This document shows, piece after piece, positions 12,921-24,250 of a DNA stretch of 64,000 nucleotides. Source of the DNA: Phoronis australis (Eukaryota; Animalia; Phoronida); assembly GCA_002633005.1 (NCBI GenBank), contig NMRA01000029.1, positions 450,956-514,955 of the forward strand, in the 5' to 3' direction. Both the position numbers and the translations under genes were made by a program. The notes under the pieces are model-generated. The model made no database searches. It was not told where the DNA came from and saw only the letters and a list, made by a program, of their open reading frames with translations. The number at the start of each line of letters is the position of its first letter. Position 1 is the first letter of the stretch.

Positions 12921-13961
12921 CAATTATCCTCGCTCGTGACTCGATGAATAGAGCAGCTTGGTGGGATCTCTTTGATCGTGAGCCGAGCACGACTCAGCTA
13001 AGGTGGATAAATACGGTCTAGTTCAATTTGCCAAACACCACCTTTTACCCTGATAGGCGGGGTTTGGGCCAATCTTATTTAGTGGGAATGTCTAAAGCAT
13101 GCTGTGATAAAGGTATTCTAAAAGACCACATGATGACCATGTCGTGAACACATCCACTAAAACAAGAAACTGTAGGAACACCGCATTTATCCACCTTCAC
13201 TCTTATCAGGTTTCTATTGTGAGTCAGCATGCGTGAATAATTGGCTGATAAGCCACCTCTGGAACTACTTTTGGCTGAATGGATGACCAGGCCATAAAAT
13301 GATAATATTAGCCAAGACCAGTTACTAATGCAACAAAGAATAATGTCGTAGTATCACCTAGCCTTGGTGGAAAGCTGTATACTGTATTGGCTCTAATAAA
13401 CGCTTAGAAAAAATCATTTCACGGGGAGGGGATTCTTATTGTAGCCTACGGCAGTTGAAAGCCGGTTTCCCAAACGGGTAAAATCGGAAGCTAGGATTCA
13501 TAAAATTTACGCTTTGTGACGAATTTTTAGCCTATGACAGTCTTTCTACAAAATTGTGGTGCATTGCTATGAACTTCCGTTGTTAAATTACGATAATTTT
13601 TCAAAAAATTGTGCTCATCACAGGGCGAAAACTTGCCGACTGATGCGTCGCCGCTGAATCGCCATCGTCAATAGGAAAACTTGNNNNNNNNNNNNNNNNN
13701 NNNNNNNNNNNNNNNNNNNNNNNNNNNNNNNNNNNNNNNNNNNNNNNNNNNNNNNNNNNNNNNNNNNNNNNNNNNNNNNTCAATTATCCTCGCTCGTGAC
13801 TCGATGAATAGAGCAGCTTGGCGGCATCCCTTTGAGCATGAGCCGAGCGCGTCTCAGCCAAGGTGGATAAATACGGTCTAGTTCAATTTTCCATACCCCG
13901 CCGTTTACCTTAAACACCGGGGTTAGAACCAATTTTATTTAGTGGGAATGTTCATAGCATG
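12921..13961. repeat. Diverged direct duplication of about 180 bp (12921-13101 and 13781-13961) across the assembly gap
   Basis: Both copies start with an identical CAATTATCCTCGCTCGTGACTCGATGAATAGAGCAGCTTGG and are then roughly 75-80% identical by eye. Confidence 0.85.
13684..13780. other. Assembly gap (97 N)
   Basis: Run of N. Confidence 1.
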
Positions 13962-16254
13962 ACGTCATCACGAGTCTAACCTCACCTCCCTTCCCCCTGT
14001 CATAAATCGTCGTCTTTTCCTCTCGAGTGATGACGTTGAGTGAAAACTCGCTAATAGGTAGCAGCGGGATCACGGCGGGTGACAAGGACAATGCACCACC
14101 AATTTAGAGCACCTGGGCTGCGTTCCGTGGATCCATAGCAATCGCGAGGAAAACCGTAAAGCGGTCACGTACTTTGCTAGTTATGCATGGTGGTATCTTC
14201 CGAAGACTTGTGTGATCTCGCATTTTCACAAGATTGTTACGTCTACCGAACGCAGCCCTTAAATTTCTGTACTGAGCCTTGCGCACGGCTTGCGCGTCGT
14301 GAATCCTCACCTCAGCTGGTCTGATATCAAAAAAGTCTCATGACATTAAGCACATTGTTGGGACAAGGTCATTCAAATATCCGACCCCGGCTTTCGGTCT
14401 CGGGCAATATCGCTCTGTTGAATTTGAAGACCTGATGACTTGGGCCAGTCGAGATATAATCTCTTCACTCGAAATCGAAATTACGTTCGGCATTTTCTGT
14501 TCTGCTTTTGAGGGAACCCGAGGCAAGTGTGGACTCTGCTCTAGTAAATAATGGCTTACGTAGAAAACTTTCTAATTCTAGGTTGCACTTAATGACCCAG
14601 GCATTTTAGCTTAAAGTTCGAGACTGGACTCGAAATTTCGAATTTTGACTAGACATTTTGAGCTTTTACAGGAGCTTGTGGCGTGAACATAGGGATAACT
14701 CGAAGTGCAAACATCGCTAGAAAGTCGTATACATAAACCATAATGTACTCGAGTACAGGCTAATGGTTACATATCTTGAGCTCGCACAAAAGTGGTAAAG
14801 AAAATGCCAAACATAATGTTGATTTCGAGTACACTTATTGAAGATTAGACCCCGGCCCCTGATAGAGTCTGAGGGATCTGTGTTTTTTTTTTGTTCACGA
14901 CCATTGATGTCTCTTTCCTCTTACACTCTTTGGTGTGTTGGCACCATCTACTCGCTTGGTGGTCAGTTTTTGTGGTTCCTACAGTGTCTGGTTGATCACG
15001 TAGCAAATAGCGACACCTGACGTCCAGGCGGCATGGATAATAGTGATCTTCCTTCGGCGGCTAGCTTGGTCAATGTTACATCATATCGTTTCCCGTTTTA
15101 GCCAATCAGAGGACGAAAGTATATGCGGTTGTGTAATGTTACAGCGCTAGTTTAGTTGACCGAATCGGGTAACATATCACGTAATTCCGACACAATTCAA
15201 GAAATAATGAGAAAAGAAGGAAATATTAATTGTTTTCATGAGGAATTAAAAGGAAGCGCGTGAGTTCTAAGAGAAAAGGATTGTCTGTCCTTCATATGCT
15301 TTTGAATCTTAAACTGTAAAATTGAAGTAAAACACTTGCCTTGGGTTCAATAAAATATTTGCATTCTTATACATCCTATCAATTGCAAGCCTCCATACAT
15401 TTGTTTAGCGCAATCTAATGTATTTTCTCCTTTTCCTAGGTTAAAAGCGTTCTCTCGGATGTGCGGATGCAGTCTTCACCTGTTCCACGTTTATTCAGAC
15501 TATCACAAAGTTTTGATTCCTTACATTCGCCACCGCCCTAAGATCTTACCATTGGGGTATTTTGTCTCACAGAAGCCATTATCCCATGTAGTATTCTGTT
15601 TAGTCTTTTTTCAGTGAGCGCATATAACATAATTTACCAACGTCGTCTCCTACGCCTTGTCAATAAAGGTTTCCTGTCCAAAACCCGCGCAATTTTCTTT
15701 CATTTTGTACGATCATGGTCATTCATCCAGTGCAACGGCTCGTGAGTCGTCTAAGTGAGGCCTTCGTTCAGTTCACTTTGTTCATTTTCTGCATTTCCGC
15801 AATTCCGTTTTGATCTGTATTTCGCCATGTTTGAGTGAGTAACGTTCACTCTCATAAAATGAGTCTCATAACAATTCTCACAGTAAAAAGGATACTATTT
15901 CCGTTCAAGAACGTTGAAACCATCAGCGACTCAAGAAAGCGCTTCAGTTTTTACTGATGTTGGCCTAACCTAAAATTGCGGATTCGAGAACGGCGCGTGT
16001 GAAAATTGAAGATCGGGTGAGTGCGGTAAAGTTTTTAACTCTCAAAGCTCTTCGGTCAAGATCGGCAACATTGACAGCTACACAGGGGCAAAATGGAGCT
16101 TTAAGATATGTGGATAATATGTTGGTAATATCGCTCAAATTGCTGACCGAGAGTCAAAGTCCGGGTCTTTATACGCAAAACGTCTGTAAATATAAATAAC
16201 ACGTGTATCAGACGAATATGAACAACAAAACATTAGCGAAGAATGACAATTATA

Positions 16255-16800
16255 TGAAGACTGTTATTATAATAATTAATATTTTTATCATCGCCATGGG
16301 CCTCATCATCATCGCCGTTCTTGTCATTGTCGGTGTAAAAATAATCAATAAAATCACCACAGGCATTTCCATCATCATCGTTGTCGTCATCATTATTAGT
16401 GGAAAACAATGATCATGACTTCGTTCTATTTGCAGACAGTGAAGGTTATTATTACAATCATCATCATCGTCATTATTGTTATGATGATTGTCCTCATGGC
16501 ATCACCATATTCAACGTCATTAACATTTTTATCATTATGCATGGTCGGCGCAACCATAGGGCGCTGGGGGGCTATAGCCCCCACTTTTTTCTGTACTCCG
16601 GCGCCCATGGTCTATGGGCGGTGCACCACAAGGGGCTGGGGGGCTATAGTCCCACTTTTTTCAGTGCTGCGCCGCCCCTGTTATGGTTAGGTTATCATCA
16701 TCATCACCACTATTATCTTCCTTATAATCATCATCGTCATCATTACCGTCGTCACTGTTATCACCATTTTCGTCGTAGCATCACCAACACTGAAATTCGT
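16255..16800. repeat. Degenerate (ATC/ATT)n low-complexity tract
   Basis: Runs of CATCATCAT and ATTATT. These account for the spurious His- and Ile-rich ORFs here. Confidence 0.85.
16540..16680. mobile_element. MITE with 13-bp TIRs and 5-bp TSD
   Basis: Ends CATGGTCGGCGCA and TGCGCCGCCCCTG, flanked by TTATG on both sides. Confidence 0.85.
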
Positions 16801-17965
16801 TATCAGAAACACCTAGAAGTATTTAAACAACGGTGGCAAAGGGTTTAGAAAGAAGATGTGCAAACAGAGCTAACAAGTTTGGTGACAACGAAACCATTAA
16901 ATAACCATTAACCTCAGCTCCATCATCACCGCATCTCACTAAAATTGATCAGCTTATTTAGTCATAAGAACCACCACCATCACAAAAGCCTTTACCACTG
17001 CCATCCGTGGCAGATGATCGTCACCGACTTCAAAAAACAGGAGTCCAACTTTTGTCATCTCGACTGCTATTTGGGCCACGATGTTATTTCTACTACACGC
17101 CGACGACCTCTTGACTACATGCCGAGATGAGGATTAAAATGCCCAAGAGTATTTCAACATGGGCACCCATTTGCCGTGAAGCAAATCACATTTTAATGGC
17201 TTAATTTTAATCAAACATTGAAAGACGCGCTTTACATATGAAAGTAGCAACCATAAATTACCTTATGAAAGTCCAAAGAGTAAGGCGACAAGAAGAAGAG
17301 CCTTTACCACCGGTCCCATAATTACGGTTGATCTGAAATGCCAGGCAAAAATGTTCAGAAACCCGTAACATCACAGGCAGGACAACAACGCTCAATGTTA
17401 CGATCTCAATACTTAATGCGACATGTGGTGCGGCACAATATTGGGGCCCTGCCTCCTTAGCCCATGGTATGCCGAAATATGCGTGGAAGGTGAGCTGGAA
17501 AGTGTGCCAATTATAGGGGGCGGTGAAAATTGTGCCAAAGGGAGAGAAATTGTAACGACCGGAATAGCTTAAGTTGCAAGGTGCCGCAGACACATAAGAG
17601 ATTATGGGCATCGAGAAATCTCAATCCGGCACTAGAGAGTAGCTTCAAGTATGAAACACACCTGAGTTATTGATTAAGTTCTTGTTCTAAATTTTTTGAG
17701 GATTGAACGACGTAACAGAACGTTATTTTTTGAAGATTTCTAAGTGCTTTAGTAATAGTTCTAGTATCAAAATATGTGTGAAGAAGCTAAAACTAGGTTT
17801 GATATCCCGTTACATTTTGACGAAAATTTCCCTGGTTGGCTGAACAGACGCTTAACACTAACAAGTAGAAAACCGTTACTTCCGGAAATGGAATATATGT
17901 TTCTTATCCAGCTGTGGCATAATGCAAATCAAAATAAATCAAATTCTGTACTTACTGTGTACTAA

Positions 17966-18350
17966 GGATAACGTAGCGTCCCAATCTTGGAGCCTTCTAC
18001 AAATCGTCTGAAGCCGAAGTGTTGGCTTGTCGCATTGGCGGAGATTGTTGTCACGTGGGTTGTGACACAATTTCTTTTTGTTGGCAACGTAATAGGCTAT
18101 TAAAAACAGCTGATTGGACGTTTCTTAGTCCTCCGTATCTGTTGGGGATGGAGGGGATGTCAATCTTTTCGTCGAGTTGCCTCTATACACCACGGGAAAC
18201 CCAATCCTCTTCGGTATCAAGGATCTGAACATTTTCCATAGAAAAAATCATGGTTTGTTGCGCAAAAGAAACCGACACATACAGACTACTGCACAAATAA
18301 AAAGGTTCATCTTCAATTAACGTTTCGCCTATTCATCAGATATCATCAGT
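17966..18350 (-). mobile_element. Penelope-like element fragment (endonuclease C-terminus plus terminal repeat), inverted relative to 19055-19957
   Basis: The minus strand encodes MENVQILDTEEDWVSRGV*...PNRYGGLR. 17966-18085 is the reverse complement of about 19835-19957, and 18245-18350 of about 19055-19160. Confidence 0.8.
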
Positions 18351-18393
18351 ATAATTATCATCACGTTTTCCCCGTGTGTGGGTGGGGGCTGGT

Positions 18394-19033
18394 TGTTACA
18401 GACCGGTGTTAAAAGCTTTCGGTGCAATGATAGACTGAAGACTGGTTCGAGTAAATCCTTTATTAATCTCGACTGTACGTTCACAAGCCTACTCAAACAA
18501 AACCTCCGACGTAATGTCTGTTTTATGCTCCAGCCAGTGCTGCGAAGCCTTGACTTGTCATAAAATTCTAAGACACTTCCAGCAACTGTTACAGTCGCTG
18601 ATTCAATGACCTGCTGTCTCTATAGCTGGCTCTCTATTGACTCTCGCTGTAACTGCTGATTCCCATCAATGCAACTCAACTGAAATTCTCTCCGCTGTTA
18701 AACTGGTAACTGCTTTTCTCTGCTTTTCTGACGAATAGAAACCCGTGCTTGTGTATTTATAGCCTAATGCAATGTTCTAGAGCTTTTCATCAATTCAAGC
18801 ACATGCCAGAACTTTCTGGAATCTACCCAATCATTCTACAAACATATACTAGTCTGTAGAATATTCCAGACTGCATTAATCATTGTCATCCTAGAGTCTT
18901 CTAGAAAGTTCCACACTATACTGTAGTAAACAAATTACATCATAATTGTACTTAACTCCGGGGTCACGCCAATCAAACAGAACACCAAAATAAAGCAATA
19001 CAACTAAAAATAGTGTCAGTCTATTTTCTGACA
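18394..19033 (-). mobile_element. Putative solo LTR with heat-shock-element array
   Basis: TG...CA ends (TGTCAG...TGTAACA on minus). On the minus strand the order is nGAAnnTTCn arrays (18775-18911), TATAAATA (18761-18754), then AATAAA (18464-18459). No matching TSD was found. Confidence 0.65.
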
Positions 19034-19054
19034 ATTTTTTTCAAAGGACAGCTA

Positions 19055-19957
19055 TCTTGATGATGTCCAATGAATAGACGAAACGTTGATTGGACATGAA
19101 CTTTTTTTATTTGTGCGGCGATCGTCCGGTTTTTAATCTTACTATGGCCAAAAACTGATTTAATACAGACTACTACTTGCCATTCGATTCGAACCATCCA
19201 TTAGTTCACAAACTTTGTGTTATAAGATCACTGAACTTCAGGGCACTTACTGTCCCCAACACGGAGGAAGAAATCCAACAGAAACTCGATCGCAGCAAAG
19301 TGGTTTTAAAGCTTTGTGGGTACCCAGATTGGGCGTTCCACAAGGCTGGGAAGGAAAAATATCGAGATCAGGACCAGGACGAGACGGACCCCCCTCCCAA
19401 AGACTCAAGTGACTATCCCTGGTATTTCAGACTGGGTGAAAGAAGCACAGACGGAAAAATGTTTCAATGCTGAATATGTTATAAGGTGTGGGAACGACAA
19501 ATGCGCGAAGTGATATGTGCTGTAGGGTTTATCAACACCGTCGCTCTACCTATGGAGATAACTATGACTCAGCAGTGTTCATTAAACTTTGCGCATCAGA
19601 TCATGATTTTTCTATGGCAAATGTGGTGGTCCTTAATACTAAGGAGGTTTGGTGTTCCCGCGGTGTGAGAAAGGCGATTCATGAAAGAACTGAGTCTCCC
19701 AGCCTCGGCATACACGGAGAATTAAGACATAACCATGGGCGGCGCAGCACTAAAAAAGTGGGGCCTGTAGCCCCCCAGCCCCCTATGGTGCGCCGCCCAT
19801 GATAACCTGTCAGGTGTGTGGAACAGTGTATTAAATCACCAACCAAAGAAATTGTGTCACAAACCCCGTGACAGCAATTTCCGTCTATGTCCACACGCCA
19901 GCACTTCGGTTTCAGACGATTTGCCGAAGGCTCCGAGATTGGGACGTTACGTTATCA
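19055..19957 (+). mobile_element. Decayed Penelope-like retroelement (RT thumb and GIY-YIG C-terminal region)
   Basis: TDYYLPFDSNHPLVHKLCVIRSL..RA...CGYPDWAF and SAVF..L..SDHDF...VVVL..KE.W..RGV.KAI..R...PSL...G.LRH match recalled Penelope/Poseidon motifs. The region is frameshifted. Confidence 0.87.
19734..19801. mobile_element. 68-bp MITE with perfect 13-bp TIRs and 5-bp TSD, inserted in the Penelope fragment
   Basis: Ends CATGGGCGGCGCA and TGCGCCGCCCATG, flanked by ATAAC on both sides. Confidence 0.9.
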
Positions 19958-19984
19958 TTATAATACAGTATGTCCAGAAATTCA

Positions 19985-19990
19985 TTTATT
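19985..19990 (-). promoter_or_regulatory. Candidate polyadenylation signal of the DFPase-like gene
   Basis: AATAAA on the minus strand, about 235 nt after the stop codon at 20225. Confidence 0.45.
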
Positions 19991-20224
19991 TATATCGATT
20001 TGCGTAATATAATTTAATATTATTAACCTTTTTCTCAATAAATAGAAAGTGGCAACACACGTAAAACTACATGTATATAGACAATAACTTTTCAAAAAGC
20101 ATATCAAGGCGGCTCGCAATGTGTTTTTCAATGCACACAAGACATTTTCAATAGTCTAGAAAACGTCGCATATCGTTGACAATGTAACTTCAAATCGGTC
20201 ATATAGAATTCATGTTTCGTTGAC

Positions 20225-20502
20225 TTACCCATTCGTAGTCAGCTGGTAATATTCTGTGTGCCCCTTATATTTCCATTTGAACGACCATAGCGTTGCTGGT
20301 GATGCAGTTACCATGACTTCGTTAGAATTTGGTTTAAAAACAATGTTGGTGATATTTTGTACTGGGAGCCTGATTGACATGAATGGCGTACCACCCTGAG
20401 GTTTGAACACTTCTATCGCGTGTTTGCCGAAGTTTGTCACCAAAAGATTACCCGCAGAATCGAACTTCATGCCGTCAAATCCTCCCCAGTAGCCAACCGA
20501 GT
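20225..20502 (-). CDS. DFPase-like (SMP-30/gluconolactonase family) protein, exon 4 (last)
   Basis: Acceptor TTTGCAG, phase 1. DSVGYWGGFDGMKFDSAGNLLVTNFG..IEVFKPQGGTP..IRLP...TNIVFKP...W.FKWKYKG aligns with the recalled squid DFPase C-terminus (GGADGMDFD...HIEVFGPDGGQP...SNLHFKP). Ends in TAA. Confidence 0.95.
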
Positions 20503-20760
20503 CTGCAAAGTAATGATTACATTTTAAGACGCACAAGAAGTTTTTTGGGCGAGACACGGACGCATAATTTTTGAAGACCAGTATCTCAAAAGACTAAAGA
20601 CAAGAGCTCGCAATAGAAGACTAATTCATTGTGATTAAGATTGGTCTCAAATTCTTCCTCAATGAAATTGGAAGTGACGTGAAGACTTCGAAAGAACAGA
20701 CAGCTCGTTATTGCTTGAGCCTTGGGATTGTTTCATGAATAATGACGTAAGACTTTTTAA

Positions 20761-23700
20761 GAGTGACTCCATATAAAACCCAACAGGTAGAGTCTATACC
20801 CAAAATCACCGATTTTTTGAAACTTAGCACATGAGTTTGGTTTGTTGAGATGTAGAAAAACCTCACTTTTTAAGAAGTTTCATTCATTATTTTTCTTTTT
20901 ATGACCTGTACCTCCATTTTGCAACAAAATTGGGCGTCGAAGTAGGCATGTTTGAATGCATTTTACTAGCATGTGTGGTGAGGTCAAAACAAATGAATCA
21001 GACGAATTGAAAGCGCAGTGGCTGAATAATTTAATGGCATAACTTTCAAAATCCATTTTTAAATTTGTACGTTTTGAATTTGTGAGGCAAACTAGGCTAT
21101 TTTTGAGGTTTTCACTGAAGCCATTTTCGGCCAAATTTGGCACTCTGTAGAGGCCATAACGCACCTTTCCTGAAATTGACTTTATAATAATTTGTTTAGT
21201 CATTCCTAACCTGTTCATAATCTAAAATAAAAAATCTTGCCTCTAATGTAGTTTATGCGTACGAAGCATTACACGAACTGCACTTCGTCCTTTTGCATGT
21301 TCTCAGTTGCCCCTGCTGCCAATAGGGGGCTCTTGGAAAATATAATTAACTTGCGAAACACGACATAAAAACCTTGTATTTTGGAGAAAAGGCAGACAGC
21401 ATTATTAATTACCATTCTCTGAAAACGGCATTGATGATTATTGCTTATTACTAAAAATATGTAACGTAAATCAACTGGCATGCGTGGTTCTAAATTAGTA
21501 GATGGCGCTGCTTTTGTTTGCGTAGAGACTGAAGATGCATCTAGAATAAGAGCAGTAACACGAGGACCTTGCTATAATTCAAGACTTCGCGAGATATTGC
21601 CCTGCATTTTAAATGAGAACACGTGGTTTTGGATAAATTTTAGAGAGGTTCTAGTGTTACTGAACTCACCCCTGCCTTGTTTTCTATCTGCCTTGTTGGT
21701 GCCACAGGCAAAGGAGGGCACCCAAGGTGGATATGGCCCCCTTGTGTTCAGTGCAAAAAATCCTTCAACTTGTCAATAGTCATTGTAACTTTGGGTTCAT
21801 ATTGTAATGTCCCTGCTGGTTTCTACAAATTTTAGTCGCCACCAGTCGCCAGAAATCTGGTGTTCTCCCCACACACCGGGAACCCTAACGCTGAATATTT
21901 CTGTCAGTGTTATCATCAGTGGTATAAAAAGGTACACATTCACAGTCATTAGAAAATAATTCACGAGAGACAATTTTATTAATGACTCATTCATGACAGA
22001 CTTGAAGTAAGCAGAAGTTACGGCCTCGACTTCATATATCACACATCTTTGACTGGTATGATACAAAACTAGGCTAAACGTTGAGCTCATTTACCAGTTC
22101 ATTCAGTAAATCTAACGATATAACAGCATCTTCAGCAGAAATTGCATCGTCATAAACATTGCTGCAGACAACCTTGAAAAAATCCACCAATATGCAAATC
22201 ACTTAATATCACAGGTAAACACTTTACCAGTGGGTTCTCGTAATCTATTTTCTCCATTTTGGCTCTTCCGAGGGTGAATGTTTTTACCTGACTTATCTCC
22301 TTCATCGAATATGTTCGTCAGAAAGTTCTTAACCTTTGATGAAAATCTTGTTGACACTTTACCTGTTTTCAGTGCCTAACCTATTGCTTCAGCATTCGTC
22401 TCATCCAAATAGTACTCTGAGGCTGCCTCAAATGGCGCTCGGTTCTTGCACCTGAAAGCATTTCTGACCCCTGTCGTGCGATGTGGTCATACGTGGTTTC
22501 CCTCTGTAAATGTTCAGTGTAGTTACCCACATCCAAATGCTGACCTAGTTCTGCGTCTGTAGCAAAAAATTTCGAGTAACCTTGCTGGGTACAAGGGAAC
22601 TTTGTTGACGCTCTTCACTAGATACAATGCCAACCTTAACTCTTGGTGTGGAAAATCCGCCATGTCTAGAGATGTTAGTGTATTTTGGAGAAATAGGTTT
22701 CCCATTTTCTCAGTATTTGTACGAACTTACCGTCACCTACATGGAATGATTTCCACACGCGAATTCCTTGGGTGGAATAGTGGGAATTTTTGAATGTGCT
22801 TATACAAGGAAGTGAGTATTTTGGAAAAGACTTTGTTGCATTGACTGAACATGCATACACATAACATCCCTTCACATGGCCCCTGGAAAGTAATGCTTCT
22901 TTCAAATCCAGAAACTTTATGATATTGTTACCTTCGGCTACAAAGTACTTTGCATGTTGTTTGAGTGGAGCGATCTTGCGATCACAGAGATCCTTTCCAT
23001 TCTGACTTTCACTAAAGTCATATCTCGAAACAGAAATGCAGGTAGAATTTGACAAGGCTGCTACGTTCAGGAGGAGAGGAGCAGAGTGGTAACATCCAGC
23101 ATTACCTGACTCTTCCATGACTGGTCCTGTTCAGTCAGAAATTCACCGACTCTGGGTAGTACGAGTGCGTACTCTGGCACAGGCCTTGCTTTGTGAGGTA
23201 GTTTCCTGTATCTCAAATGTTCAGTGGTGTCTTTGACATAACTCACTAAAGCACAAAGCTTTTGTGATCGGATTTTTTGCAGAATAAACTCTAAAGGAAC
23301 ATGAAGGCCCATCGACATCGTCCGCCATTTTGTCTTTTTAAAATGCACTTGCTTCTCTCAAAACCAGTCATTACAACTATCAATTCATTCTCGTTTAATC
23401 TTAAAGGCATTTATTTCCATTTAAAATTTCTACAGAGTGTTTAAATTAACCTGATAATGTAAAAGAAATGAAAGAATACAAGAGGGTTACACGTACATTT
23501 TTTATATATCCTCAAGCTTAACCTCAACTGACTCCCTCAGTGGGCAAAGGTCTTCGGGTTCAGGTTTGATAGTGGTCGCGTAATAAACCCGGAAAACATC
23601 TTGTTTTCATTTGAAAGAGTTTAGACTTGGTTTCTATAACTATTTAAAGCAGACTTCTTGCCTAAAAGTTTGTTCAAATGGTCTGTAAAGTCTGCTCGTC

Positions 23701-24250
23701 ATTTCCAAACTATGAAAATAGACAGTTTTGCAAGACAATTTTCACTAAGGTGCAAAGTTGAGGCAAGATTTTTTATTGCTCAGTCATCAAGAGTAACTCT
23801 AACTGTACGTTCAAAACGTCACATAAGGCTACAAGGTGTTTTATGGCAGTAAGAAGGTCACAAAAATGGTCACTAAAATTAGCCCCAAAAAGTGGTCTGT
23901 GGATTATCTCCCCTGTCTAGCACAAAACTGTCAGATTTTAATAAATGGCACAGAATAATGTACAGTATACGTTGGTTATTTCAGCCACCAAAATATAGCT
24001 TTCGATCTATTTTGTATGTTACTCATTTTTGTTGCTGAAAACATGCGATTTTTGAGACGGTTAATATGCCCAATTGTGCCAATTTGTGTTATCATGCTCC
24101 AGCGGCGAAATTAGGGGTCACTGAGTGCACAAAATTTGGCATTTGGGTTTATGTTAGGATACCTACCCATGTACAAAAAATGAAGTTGTTTTTAATTTTG
24201 ACGTATAGACTGATTTTTGAAAATCTACTGGTTTTTATATGGACTGTCTC
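20761..24250 (-). mobile_element. Sola3-like DNA transposon, internally deleted, in DFPase intron 3
   Basis: TTAA|GAG and CTC|TTAA ends with imperfect TIRs (GAG...TCCATATAAAA). Minus-strand transposase relics read NAGCYHS, YDFSESQNGKDLCDRKIAPLK, GIRVWK.F.VG.GK and G*ALK...RFSSKVKNFL..IFDEG.KSGK. Confidence 0.82.

Noticed and set aside
12921-13961. Simple assembly overlap artefact around the gap
   Set aside because: The copies differ at many positions after the first 41 bp, so a true diverged duplication or separate haplotypes is more likely. This is unresolved without reads.
16203-16848. His-rich and hydrophobic Ile-rich ORFs
   Set aside because: Products of the ATC/ATT low-complexity tract plus a MITE.
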